64,000 nt of DNA from contig CAZCTH010000008.1 in assembly GCA_964501435.1 (NCBI GenBank), positions 2,978 to 66,977 on the forward strand. Reading direction: 5' to 3'. Every line of letters begins with the position of its first letter. Position 1 is the stretch's first letter. The notes beneath the pieces were generated by a model. It worked only from the letters and a program-made list of their open reading frames with translations, was not told where the DNA came from and did not search any database. Below are positions 45,333-54,483 of the stretch, piece after piece. The translations under genes and the position numbers were made by a program. Origin of the DNA: an uncultured Spirochaetales bacterium (GTDB lineage Bacteria; Myxococcota_A; UBA9160; UBA6930).

Positions 45333-46238
45333 ATGCCCGTGATCGTTCTCGGCATCCTGTTGATCGCCATCTCGTTCGTGCTCGGCGGGGTCGCGAGCCG
45401 CGCCGGAGGGGGTGGCCCCGGGCCCGTCCGCGCGGCCTGGATCACGCGCTCGCTCGGCGTGCTGTTCGTCGTGGGCGGCACCGTCGTCAGCAGCGCGGTG
45501 ATCGTGCCCGCCGGCCATCGCGGCGTGCTGCTCCAGTGGGGCGCGGCGATCCGCTCCCTCGACGAGGGCTTCCACATCGTCGCGCCGGTGATGAACCAAG
45601 TCGTGTTGCTCGAGGTCCGCACGCAGAAGGAGGAGAGCCAGGCGACCGCGGCCTCTCGCGACCTCCAGACCGTGACGACCTCGCTGGCGCTCAACTTTCG
45701 AGTCGACTCGAGCCGCGTGGTCGAGCTCTACCGGGACGTCGGCGGCGACTACAAGGCGCGCGTGATCGACCCCGCGGTGCAGGAGTCGCTGAAGACCGTG
45801 ACGGCGAAGTTCACCGCGGAAGAGCTGATCAAGTTCCGCCCGAAGGTGAAGTCCGAGGTCGAGGAGGAGATCACGCGACGGCTCGCGAACTACAACATCC
45901 TCGTCGAGCCGTCCGGCCTGTCGATCACGAACTTCGCCTTCTCCGAGGAGTTCAACCGCGCGATCGAGGCGAAGCAGGTGGCCCAGCAGCAGGCGGAGCA
46001 ACAGCGCTACGTGCTCCAGAAGGCGGAGCTCGAGAAGCAGACGGCGATCATGATCGCGCAGGGCAAGAGCGAGGCGGCCAAGCTGAACGCCGAGGCGCTG
46101 AAGGTCCAGGGCGGCTCGCTCGTGATCTCGCGCGAGTGGATCGAGAAGTGGGACGGCCGGCTGCCGAGCGTCTACGGTGGCGGGCAGGGCATGATCATCG
46201 ACCTCGGCTCGCTGATGAAGGACGACGCGGCGCGCTGA
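45333..46238 (+). CDS. SPFH/band-7 (prohibitin-like) domain protein
   Basis: ATG 45333 is residue 90 of ORF 45066..46238. An N-terminal TM segment is followed by VPAGHRGVLLQWGA...FHIVAPVMNQVVLLEVRTQ...DLQTVTTSLALNFRV and a coiled-coil tail. Confidence 0.9.
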   Translation: MPVIVLGILLIAISFVLGGVASRAGGGGPGPVRAAWITRSLGVLFVVGGTVVSSAVIVPAGHRGVLLQWGAAIRSLDEGFHIVAPVMNQVVLLEVRTQKEESQATAASRDLQTVTTSLALNFRVDSSRVVELYRDVGGDYKARVIDPAVQESLKTVTAKFTAEELIKFRPKVKSEVEEEITRRLANYNILVEPSGLSITNFAFSEEFNRAIEAKQVAQQQAEQQRYVLQKAELEKQTAIMIAQGKSEAAKLNAEALKVQGGSLVISREWIEKWDGRLPSVYGGGQGMIIDLGSLMKDDAAR

Positions 46239-46266
46239 GCCGGTCGGCGAAAGGCGGGAGGCGCGG

Positions 46267-47262
46267 ATGCGCGCGATCGACGTGCACGCGCACGTGGTGC
46301 TCGAGGAGACGTTCGGCACGGCCGGCGTCCACGGGCCCACGCTCTCCGACGAAGACGGCGTGCCGGTGTTCCGCGTCGGCGGCTACTGCCTGCGCGGCGT
46401 GCGTTATCGCGGCAGCCCGTTCATGGATCCGGAGAAGCGGCTCGCGGCGATGGACGCCGCGCAGATCGGCGTGCAGGTGCTGTCGCCGAATCCGCTCACG
46501 TACTTCCACCACGTCGCGGCGAAGGACGCGATCGCGTTCTGCCGCCGGCACAACGACGCGCTCGCAAGGCTCGTGAAGGCGCGCGCGCCGCGGCTGCTCG
46601 GCTTCGCGGCGCTGCCGATGCAGGACGTCTCCGCCGCGCTCGACGAGCTCGACCGCGCGCGCGCGCTGGGCCTGCTCGCGGGCTACGTCGGCACCGAGTT
46701 CGGCACGTGGCTCGACGCGCCCGCGCTCGACCGCTTCTACGCCGGCTGCGTCGCGCGCGACGTCCCGCTCTTCCTCCACCCCGCGCCTGCGGGCATCGAC
46801 GGCCCGCCCGGCGATCCGCGGCTCGCGCGCTTCGACCTCGACCTCGTGCTCGGCTTCGCGGCCGAAGAGACACTCGCCGTCGCGACGCTGATCTACGGCG
46901 GCGTGCTCGATCGCCACCCACGACTCGACGTGTGCATCAGCCACGGCGGCGGCGCGATGCCGTATCTCGTGGGCCGCATGGCCGCCGCCGCGCGCAAGCG
47001 CGCCTGGGCGCCGGCCGCGATCAAGCCCGACGGCGCCTTCGAGGAGCGCCTCGCGCGGCTCTGGTACGACGTGCACGTGCACGACGCGCGCTCGCTCCAG
47101 TCGTTGCGGGGCGTCGTGGGCGACGAGCGCCTCGTGTACGGCACCAATTTCGCGGGCTGGGATCAGGCCGAGCCGCAGCCGCTCGGCGAGCTCGGCGCCA
47201 CGCTCACGCGCAACGCGGCGCGGCTGCTGCGCCGCCCGGCGCTCGCGGAGGGCGCGCGATGA
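46267..47262 (+). CDS. amidohydrolase family protein (amidohydrolase_2 / ACMSD-like)
   Basis: The 331-aa ORF begins MRAIDVHAHVV (the HxH metal site). It also has VQVLSPNP, LFLHPAP and CISHGGGAMPY. Confidence 0.85.
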   Translation: MRAIDVHAHVVLEETFGTAGVHGPTLSDEDGVPVFRVGGYCLRGVRYRGSPFMDPEKRLAAMDAAQIGVQVLSPNPLTYFHHVAAKDAIAFCRRHNDALARLVKARAPRLLGFAALPMQDVSAALDELDRARALGLLAGYVGTEFGTWLDAPALDRFYAGCVARDVPLFLHPAPAGIDGPPGDPRLARFDLDLVLGFAAEETLAVATLIYGGVLDRHPRLDVCISHGGGAMPYLVGRMAAAARKRAWAPAAIKPDGAFEERLARLWYDVHVHDARSLQSLRGVVGDERLVYGTNFAGWDQAEPQPLGELGATLTRNAARLLRRPALAEGAR

Positions 47263-48479
47263 AGCCGCTGATCTACGACCCGACCGACCCCGAGCAGCTC
47301 GAGAACATCAACGACGTCTATCGCCGCCTGCGCGAGGAGTCGCCCGTCCACTACGCCGAGAAGTTCGACATCTACGTCGTGTCGCGGCACGCCGACGTCG
47401 AGCGCATCCTGAAGGACACCGACCGCTTCTCGTCGCGCGCCGCCAACACCGCGCTCGCCTACACGCCGCCGGAGGTCGCGGCGGTGCTCGCCGAGGGGCG
47501 CCCCGAGGCCGAGGCGCTGTTGACTGCGGACCCGCCGCGCCACGCGCGCCACCGCGCGCTGATCAACCGCGCGCTCACCCAGCGGCGCGTCGACCAGAAG
47601 CGCCCGCGCATGGTCGAGCTCGCTCACGCGCTGATCGACGCGTTCGCGGAGCGCGGCAACGCCGACCTGATCGCGGCCTTCGCCGTCCCGTATCCGCTGA
47701 ACGTGATCGCGGACGTGATGGGGATTCCGGAAGGCGATCGCCCCCAACTGAAGATCTGGTCCGACGACTTCGTGGCGCGCTTCTCGCCCGATCTCTCGAT
47801 CGAAGACCGCAAGCAGCGCGCGCGCGGCTTCGTCGCGCTCCAGCGCTACTTCGAGCGCCTGATCCTCGCCGCCCGCGAGGACGGCCGCGACGACTTCATG
47901 GGCGACTTCGCCCGCGCCGCGTTCTCCGAGCCGCCCGTCTCGATGGAGGACCAGCTGACGACGCTGATGCAGACGCTCGTCGCCGGCCACGAGACGACGA
48001 CGAACCTGATCGGCGCCGCGCTCGTGCACCTGCTGACGAACGCGCCGGTGCGCGAGCGCCTGGCGCGCGACGCCTCGCTCTGGCCCGCCTTCGTCGAGGA
48101 GGTGCTGCGGCTCGAGACGCCGACGCAGGCGCTGTTTCGCACGGCCAAGGAAGACGTGACGCTGCACGGCGTCACGATCCCGGCCGGCAAGCACGTGCAG
48201 GTCTTGTACGGCTCGGCGAACCGCGACCCCGAGGCGTTCCCGAACCCCGACGCGATCGACCTCGAGCGCGAGAATCTGCGCGGCCATCTCGCGTTCGGCC
48301 TCGGCATCCACTTCTGCGTCGGCGCGCCGCTCGCGCGCACCGACAGCGTCGTCGCGCTCGAGGCGCTCGTGCAGCGGCTGCCGAGCCTGCGGCTCGCGCC
48401 CGGAGCGCCGCTCGTGCACACGCCGCATTTCTTCCTGCGCGGCTATCAGGCCGTCCACTGCCAATGGGGTCGCTCGTGA
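47259..48479 (+). CDS. cytochrome P450
   Basis: ATG 47259 overlaps the upstream stop (ATGA) and lies in the frame of ORF 46707..48479. The I-helix is LVAGHETTTN, the ExxR motif is VEEVLRL, and the heme loop is FGLGIHFCVGAPLA. Confidence 0.9.
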   Translation: MKPLIYDPTDPEQLENINDVYRRLREESPVHYAEKFDIYVVSRHADVERILKDTDRFSSRAANTALAYTPPEVAAVLAEGRPEAEALLTADPPRHARHRALINRALTQRRVDQKRPRMVELAHALIDAFAERGNADLIAAFAVPYPLNVIADVMGIPEGDRPQLKIWSDDFVARFSPDLSIEDRKQRARGFVALQRYFERLILAAREDGRDDFMGDFARAAFSEPPVSMEDQLTTLMQTLVAGHETTTNLIGAALVHLLTNAPVRERLARDASLWPAFVEEVLRLETPTQALFRTAKEDVTLHGVTIPAGKHVQVLYGSANRDPEAFPNPDAIDLERENLRGHLAFGLGIHFCVGAPLARTDSVVALEALVQRLPSLRLAPGAPLVHTPHFFLRGYQAVHCQWGRS

Positions 48480-49165
48480 GACACCGCGAGAGCCATCGCT
48501 CCCATCGAGGCGGCTGGCTGCGCGCAGCCGTGCTCGGTGCGAACGACGGCATCGTCAGCACCGCGAGCCTGCTGCTCGGCGTCGCGGCGGCCGACGCGTC
48601 GCCGGTGGCGATCCTGACGGCGGGCATCGCCGGCCTCGCGGGCGGCTCGCTCTCGATGGCCGCGGGCGAGTACGTCTCGGTCAGCTCACAGCGCGACGTC
48701 GAGACGGCGGATCTCGCGCGCGAGCGTGCCGAGCTCGCCGACGAGCCCGCCCGCGAGCTCGACGAGCTGGCGGGCATCTACGCCGCGAAGGGGCTCGCCC
48801 CGGATCTCGCGCGGGAGGTCGCGGTGAGCCTCAGCGCGAAGGACGCGCTCGCGGTGCACGCGCGCGAGGAGCTCGCGATCGACATCGAGAACCTCGCGCG
48901 CCCCATCCAGGCCGCGTGGTCGAGCGCCGTCTCGTTCGCGCTGGGCGCGGCGCTGCCGCTCGCCGCGATGACGCTCTCGCCCCCCGCCGCGCAGGTCGCC
49001 GTCACGCTCGGGGCAGCGACGACGGCGCTCGCGATTCTCGGCGGCTGGAGCGCGCGGCTCGGGGGAGCGCCGGTGCGGCCCGCGGTGGTGCGCGTGGTGC
49101 TCGGCGGAGGAGTCGCGATGGGGCTCACGATGGGGATCGGGAAGCTGTTCGGCGTTGCGGTCTGA
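48476..49165 (+). CDS. VIT1/CCC1 family (iron/manganese transporter-like) membrane protein
   Basis: ORF 48464..49165. I prefer GTG 48476, a GTGA overlap with the P450 stop, but ATG 48464 is also possible. Motifs: VLGANDGIVSTASLLLGVA, MAAGEYVSVSSQRD, and C-terminal TM helices. Confidence 0.8.
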   Translation: MRHRESHRSHRGGWLRAAVLGANDGIVSTASLLLGVAAADASPVAILTAGIAGLAGGSLSMAAGEYVSVSSQRDVETADLARERAELADEPARELDELAGIYAAKGLAPDLAREVAVSLSAKDALAVHAREELAIDIENLARPIQAAWSSAVSFALGAALPLAAMTLSPPAAQVAVTLGAATTALAILGGWSARLGGAPVRPAVVRVVLGGGVAMGLTMGIGKLFGVAV

Positions 49166-49325
49166 CGGGAAGGCTGCGCTCGCGGGGGTACGCGCGTGGC
49201 GCGCTCGCGGCGCAACGCGTGCGGCGCAAGCGACGCCGCGGCACCGATCCCCTGATCGTTGAGCCGCGGAACACCCGGCCGTAGAGTGGCGAAGGGGCCG
49301 ATTCTTCACAGTCCGGAGGCCTCCC

Positions 49326-50681
49326 GTGCGCCATCGATCTCGACTGCTCATGCCATCCGCTCCGGCGCGCCGTCGCAGCGGATCGAGGCGCGCCGGCCCG
49401 CTGCGCGCGGCGACGGCGCTGGCGGTGCTGCTGCTGGCCTTCGAGGCCCAGGCCGATGCGAACGCCGACCTGCATCAGGCGGCGCGGTCGGGTGATCTCG
49501 AGGCCGTTCGTTCGCTGCTGGCCGCGAAGGCAAGGCCCAACTCCAAACACGGGGAGCTGCGCACCACGCCGCTCATGGAGGCCGCGCGCGGCGGACACGC
49601 GGACGTCGCGCAGGCGCTGCTCCGGGCGGGCGCCAAGGTCGATGCGAAGTCGCGCGCCAAGGAGACGGCCCTCCTGATCGCAGCGGCGAACGGGCATCTC
49701 GCCGTGATCCAGGCGTTGCAAGCCGCGGGTGCCGACGGCGACGTCCGTCTCGAGAACGGAGACATGGCGCCCGCCGTCGCCGCCCAGGCGGGGCACGCGG
49801 AGGTCGTGATGCCGTTGCTGGCGGCCCTCGAGCGACCCGCCGTCCGGGCGGACCAGACGGCGATTGCATTCGTCCGCGCCGCGGAGTTCGGCCGATTGGA
49901 AGTCATCCGCGCGATGCTCCAGGCGGGCGTCGCAGTCGACGTCCGGTTCCCGGGCAATGATGCGTCGACGGCGCTGACGATGGCCTCCGAGCGGGGCCAT
50001 GTCCCCGTCGTCCGGGCACTGCTCGAGGCCGGCGCCGACGTCGAAGCCGCGACGGCTCCTGGCTCCACGTCGCTCATGTACGCCGCCCAGGCGGGGCGCA
50101 TCGAGGTCGCGGAAGTGCTGCTCGCGGCCGGTGCGAAGCTCGAAGCCCGAAACCGGAACGGCTCGACGGCGCTGCACCATGCCGCCGGCGCGGGCCAGGC
50201 GGCCATGGTCACCCGGCTGCTCGCGGCGGGAGCGGACGTGAATGCCCCGCTCAACGGGGGCTACTCGCCGATCATGGGGGCCGCAAACAACGGGCGGGTC
50301 GAGGTGACGGCACTCCTGCGGCAGGCGAACGGGCGCGTGAACCGCGAGCGCTTCCCGGACGCCGCCGTGCTGACCGTGCAGTCCGCCGCCGGTGCGGACG
50401 AGGCCGTCTTCCTGCTTGAATCCCTCGGTGCGGCATGGGACGCAGTCCGCAGCGCCGATCCGCTGGCGCCCGTGCCCGCGACCGTCCCCGAGCACGTGAC
50501 GCTGCGCATCGGTGGGCCGGCCAGCGAGGCGATGGCGATCGCCTGCCCGATGGCAACGGGCCCCTTGATGCTGGCGGCGGTGGGTTCGGCGGGAAGCAAC
50601 TTCACGATGGCATGTGGAAACCTCGAGATCGTGTTGGAGGGCGGGGTCCTGAAGGAGGTGCGCCGGCCCTCGGGCTACTGA
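49326..50681 (+). CDS. ankyrin-repeat protein with an N-terminal signal peptide
   Basis: The 451-aa ORF starts at GTG after GGAGG. The signal-like segment is LRAATALAVLLLAFEAQADA. About 8-9 ankyrin-like units follow (e.g. LHQAARSGDLEAVRSLLAAKARPN, TPLMEAARGGHADVAQALLRAGAKVDA, TALHHAAGAGQAAMVTRLLAAGADVNA), then a non-repeat C-terminal ~100 aa. Confidence 0.8.
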   Translation: MRHRSRLLMPSAPARRRSGSRRAGPLRAATALAVLLLAFEAQADANADLHQAARSGDLEAVRSLLAAKARPNSKHGELRTTPLMEAARGGHADVAQALLRAGAKVDAKSRAKETALLIAAANGHLAVIQALQAAGADGDVRLENGDMAPAVAAQAGHAEVVMPLLAALERPAVRADQTAIAFVRAAEFGRLEVIRAMLQAGVAVDVRFPGNDASTALTMASERGHVPVVRALLEAGADVEAATAPGSTSLMYAAQAGRIEVAEVLLAAGAKLEARNRNGSTALHHAAGAGQAAMVTRLLAAGADVNAPLNGGYSPIMGAANNGRVEVTALLRQANGRVNRERFPDAAVLTVQSAAGADEAVFLLESLGAAWDAVRSADPLAPVPATVPEHVTLRIGGPASEAMAIACPMATGPLMLAAVGSAGSNFTMACGNLEIVLEGGVLKEVRRPSGY

Positions 50682-50688
50682 CACGAGG

Positions 50689-50708
50689 GCTCGGCCCCGG
50701 CGCCGAGC
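50689..50708 (+). terminator. GC-rich stem-loop after the ankyrin gene stop
   Basis: GCTCGGC-CCCGGC-GCCGAGC, a 7-bp stem, starts 8 nt after TGA 50679-50681. There is no U-tract. Confidence 0.3.
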
Positions 50709-50820
50709 GCAACGGCGCGGCGGGGATCTGGGCTGTCGAAGCCGCCATCCGTCGCCCGATCTCGCCTCGCGCCGGTGTCGCGGCCTGGCGAGGTCTTCCG
50801 CGCTCGCCATCCTGCTCCCG

Positions 50821-51675
50821 GTGGATCTCACCGTCGCCGCCATCCCCGCCTTCCTCGCGCTGCTGGCGCTCGAGTACGGCGTCGCGCACGTGCGGGGTCG
50901 CGAGATCCAGGAGGCGCGCGACACCGCGACGAGCCTCTCCCTGGGCGTCGGCAGCGTGCTGCTCGGCATTCCGTACAAGGCGGCGACCGCGGGCCTCTAC
51001 TTCTGGGTGCACGCGCATCGCGCCGTCGATCTGGGCGACGGCCCGTGGGCGTTCGCGGGCGCGCTGCTCGCGGTGGACTTCGCTTATTATTGGTTCCACC
51101 GGCTGCACCACGAGGTGCGCGTGCTCTGGGCCTCGCACGTGCCGCACCACTCGAGCCGGCGTTACAACCTCTCGACGGCGCTGCGCCAGCCGTGGACGCC
51201 GTTCACCGGCCTGCCGTTCTACCTGCCGCTCGCGCTCGTCTTCACGCCGGCGCAGATCGGCGCCGCGTTCGGGATCAACCTGCTCTACCAGTTCTGGATC
51301 CACACCGAGCTGATCGGCCGGCTCGGCCCGCTCGAGGCGGTGCTGAACACACCGTCGCACCACCGCGTGCACCATGGCGCGAACGTGCAGTACCTCGACC
51401 GCAACTACGCCGGCATCCTGATCCTGTGGGATCGCTGGTTCGGCACCTTCGAGCCCGAGCGCGAAGCGGTGCGCTACGGGCTCACGAAGAATCTCGAGAG
51501 CTTCAACCCGTTCCGTGCGGCGTTCGGCGAGTTCTGGGCGACCTTCCGCGACGCCGCCGGCGCGGGCTCGTGGCGCGACGCGCTCGGCTACCTGCTGCGC
51601 CCGCCCGGCTGGAAGCCGCGCGGCGCGGGCGCGACGGCGGGCGACCTGAAACGGATGTCGGGGCTCGCGGCCTGA
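50821..51675 (+). CDS. fatty acid hydroxylase / sterol desaturase family protein
   Basis: The 284-aa ORF starts at GTG. The His boxes are YYWFHRLHH, HVPHHSS and HHRVHHG. Confidence 0.85.
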   Translation: MDLTVAAIPAFLALLALEYGVAHVRGREIQEARDTATSLSLGVGSVLLGIPYKAATAGLYFWVHAHRAVDLGDGPWAFAGALLAVDFAYYWFHRLHHEVRVLWASHVPHHSSRRYNLSTALRQPWTPFTGLPFYLPLALVFTPAQIGAAFGINLLYQFWIHTELIGRLGPLEAVLNTPSHHRVHHGANVQYLDRNYAGILILWDRWFGTFEPEREAVRYGLTKNLESFNPFRAAFGEFWATFRDAAGAGSWRDALGYLLRPPGWKPRGAGATAGDLKRMSGLAA

Positions 51676-51698
51676 GCGCCTCGCAGAGGAGTACGAAG

Positions 51699-52493
51699 GT
51701 GGATCGACTCGAGGGAAAGGTCGCGCTCGTGACCGGCGCCGCGCGCGGCACCGGCGAACAGATCGCGCGCATGTTCGCGGCGGAGGGCGCCCGCGTGGTG
51801 GTCGCCGACGTCGCGGAGGAGGCGGGCCGCGCCGTCGCGGCGTCGATCGGCGCGAGCGCGGCGTTCGCGCGCCTCGACGTGAGCGACGAGGCGAGCTGGC
51901 AGCGCGCCGTCGCCGAGGCCAGCGCGCGCTTCGGCAAGCTGAACGTGCTGGTGAACAACGCGGGCTTGCTCCACATGGAGGCGCTGCTCGACACCACCCA
52001 GGAGGCGTTCGAGCGCCTGTTCCGCGTGAACCAGTTGGGCCCGTTCCTCGGGATGAAGACGGCGGCACCCGCGCTGAAGGCCGCGGGCGGCGGCTCGATC
52101 GTGAACATCGCCTCGATCGACGCGCTCACCGCGAAGAACGGCATCGTCGCCTACGCCGGCACCAAGTGGGCGCTGCGCGGCATGACGCGCGTCGCGGCGC
52201 TCGAGCTCGGCAAGCACGGCATCCGCGTGAACACGGTCTGCCCAGAGGTCGGCGGGCCCGCGATGCGCGCGCCCTACGTGCCCGCCGGCATCGACCCCGA
52301 GAAGATTCTCGCGGCCATGCACGGCGTGATCCCGTACAACCGCAAGCGCGAGCCGGTCGAGCTGATCCGCGACGTCGCGCGCATGGCGCTCTTCCTCGCT
52401 TCGGACGAGAGCCTCTCGTGCACGGGCGCCGACTACCCGGTGGACGCCGGCGGCACCGCCGGCGCGCTCTCGAAGTTCGGGCCGGGCGCGTGA
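51699..52493 (+). CDS. SDR family oxidoreductase (hydroxysteroid dehydrogenase-like)
   Basis: GTG 51699 follows GAGGAG, in the frame of ORF 50775..52493. Motifs: VTGAARGTGEQ, NNAG, YAGTKWA. Confidence 0.9.
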   Translation: MDRLEGKVALVTGAARGTGEQIARMFAAEGARVVVADVAEEAGRAVAASIGASAAFARLDVSDEASWQRAVAEASARFGKLNVLVNNAGLLHMEALLDTTQEAFERLFRVNQLGPFLGMKTAAPALKAAGGGSIVNIASIDALTAKNGIVAYAGTKWALRGMTRVAALELGKHGIRVNTVCPEVGGPAMRAPYVPAGIDPEKILAAMHGVIPYNRKREPVELIRDVARMALFLASDESLSCTGADYPVDAGGTAGALSKFGPGA

Positions 52494-52753
52494 GCGACGA
52501 CGACTTCAGCCAGCTCGCGCCAGAAGACGACGCGCCGCCGGAGCCGATCGTCGTGCCGCTGGGCTCGCTCAGCGAGGATGCGCTGCGCGGGCTGATCGAG
52601 AGCTTCGTGCTGCGCGAGGGCACCGACTACGGCGAGGTCGAGCGCAGCCACGAGCAGAAGGTCGCCGACGTGCGCCGCCAGCTCGAGCGCGGCGAGGCGC
52701 GCATCGAGTTCGATCCGCAGACGGAGAGCGTGAACCTGGTGCCCGTGCGCTGA
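52490..52753 (+). CDS. yheU: YheU family protein (UPF0270)
   Basis: GTG 52490 overlaps the SDR stop (GTGA) and lies in the frame of ORF 52166..52753. The sequence ...LRGLIESFVLREGTDYGEVERSHEQKVADVRRQLERGEA... closely matches the conserved YheU core as I remember it. Confidence 0.75.
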   Translation: MSDDDFSQLAPEDDAPPEPIVVPLGSLSEDALRGLIESFVLREGTDYGEVERSHEQKVADVRRQLERGEARIEFDPQTESVNLVPVR

Positions 52754-52762
52754 GCGCGCGCC

Positions 52763-53536
52763 TCAGCGTCCCCCGGTCACGTCGAGCAGCGCGCCCGTCA
52801 CGTAGGATGCCGCGGGCGACATCAGCCACACCACTGACTCCGCGATCTCCTCCGGCGTGCCCGCACGCTGCATCGGGATCGTCGGCGCGATGCGCGCGGG
52901 CCGGCCCGGTTCGCCGGTGCTCGCGTGGATGTCCGTGATCACGAGCCCGGCGCGCACCGCGTTCACGCGGACACCCTCGCTCGCCGTCTCGCGCGCGAGC
53001 CCGAGCGTGAACGTGTCGATCGCGCCCTTCGTGGCCGCGTAGTCCACGAACTCGCTCGGCGAGCCGAGCCGCGACGCGCCCGACGAGAGATTCACGATGG
53101 CGCCGCCGCGGCCGCCGTGGCGCGTGGACATTCGTTTCACCGCCTCGCGCGCGCACAGGAACGAGCCGATCACGTTCACGCCGAACACCCACGCGAGCCG
53201 CTCCGCGTCCATCGCTTCGACGCGCGCCTGCACCGCGCAGACGCCCGCGTTGTTCACGAGCGCGGTGACGCGACCGAGGCGAGCGTCCACCTCGGCGAAG
53301 AGGCGCACGACGTCGGCCTCGCGCGCGACGTCGGCCTGCACCGCGATCGCCCGCCCGCCCGCGCGCTCGATCTCGGCGACCACGCCGCGCGCAGCGCCCT
53401 CGTCGCGCGCGTAGTTCACGCACACGGCGAAGCCGCGCGCCGCCGCGAGCTTCGCGGTGGCGGCGCCGATGCCGCGCGATGCACCGGTGACGAGGGCGAC
53501 TTCTGGGCGTTCCGCGCCCGCCGTTCTCTGCTGCAT
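52763..53536 (-). CDS. SDR family oxidoreductase
   Basis: ATG 53536 is residue 25 of ORF 52763..53608 (-). Motifs: VTGASRGIGAA, NNAG, YAATKGA, YVTGALLDVTGG. Confidence 0.9.
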   Translation of the reverse strand: MQQRTAGAERPEVALVTGASRGIGAATAKLAAARGFAVCVNYARDEGAARGVVAEIERAGGRAIAVQADVAREADVVRLFAEVDARLGRVTALVNNAGVCAVQARVEAMDAERLAWVFGVNVIGSFLCAREAVKRMSTRHGGRGGAIVNLSSGASRLGSPSEFVDYAATKGAIDTFTLGLARETASEGVRVNAVRAGLVITDIHASTGEPGRPARIAPTIPMQRAGTPEEIAESVVWLMSPAASYVTGALLDVTGGR

Positions 53537-53730
53537 GCCGCTCCATCCCCTGGTTTTTCCGAAGCCCGAGGTTGGCATAGCGTTCGGTCGCAGCGTCGCG
53601 TTCCCCAACCGAGAAGGTCCATTCCATGGCGAGCTCGATCCTGGCCGTCACCCGCACGATCTCAGATCGACGCGAAGCGGGTGGTGAAACAGCGCCGTTC
53701 CTCTGCGGACGATCCGCTGCCCGCGGTCGC

Positions 53731-54402
53731 GTGAACGCATGCGCGAAGCTCCTCGCGCTCTTCGCGGTCTGGGCTCTCGCAGGGGGCGCGCTCGCCGACG
53801 CGCCCCCCGCCGATTGGCGGACGGCCGTGCACGAGCTCGCGGAACGGCACTTCCGCCATCCCGCATGGGGCCTCTCCCATTGCGAGCGCGACTACGCGCT
53901 CGCGCGGGAGCTCGCCGCGCGAGATCACGTCGCAATCGACGACGACGTGCTCTACGCCGCGGCGTTCCTCCACGACATGGCAGCCTTCGCGCCTTGGGAG
54001 AAGCCGGCGGAGGACCACGCCGACGTCGCGGCAGGCCTAGTTGGCGACTTCTTGAAGCGCGCGGGATTCCCCATGAAGAAGCTCGGGGCCGTACAGGGTG
54101 CGATCCGCACCCACATGTTCGACCGCGAGCCCGAGGGACCGGAAGCGCTCTATCTGCACGACGCCGACGCGCTCGACTGGCTCGGCGCGATCGGCATCGC
54201 GCGGATCGTGGCCCTCGTCGACCCGAACGGCGGCTCACCCACCGGCCCCGAGGTGATCCCGATGCTCGAGGAGAATCTCGCGAAGGTGCCGGCCCGCGTG
54301 CTCTCACCCGCCGGACGCGCGCTCGTGCCGGACCGACGGCACTCGCTCGAGACGTTCCTGGGCGAGCTGCGCGCGCAGTCCGGGGATCTGAAGCGGCTCT
54401 GA
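53731..54402 (+). CDS. HD-domain protein with an apparent N-terminal signal peptide
   Basis: GTG 53731 lies in the frame of ORF 53626..54402. The N-terminus is (M)NACAKLLALFAVWALAGGALADA, followed by HD-like metal residues ...WGLSHCERD...AAFLHDMA...LHDADALD. Confidence 0.65.
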   Translation: MNACAKLLALFAVWALAGGALADAPPADWRTAVHELAERHFRHPAWGLSHCERDYALARELAARDHVAIDDDVLYAAAFLHDMAAFAPWEKPAEDHADVAAGLVGDFLKRAGFPMKKLGAVQGAIRTHMFDREPEGPEALYLHDADALDWLGAIGIARIVALVDPNGGSPTGPEVIPMLEENLAKVPARVLSPAGRALVPDRRHSLETFLGELRAQSGDLKRL

Positions 54403-54483
54403 TCGCGAGATCTCAGCCGCTCGGCGGGACGATCCAACGCGGGTCCACACGCGTCGCTCGATCGGATTCGGCACGAGCGAAGC

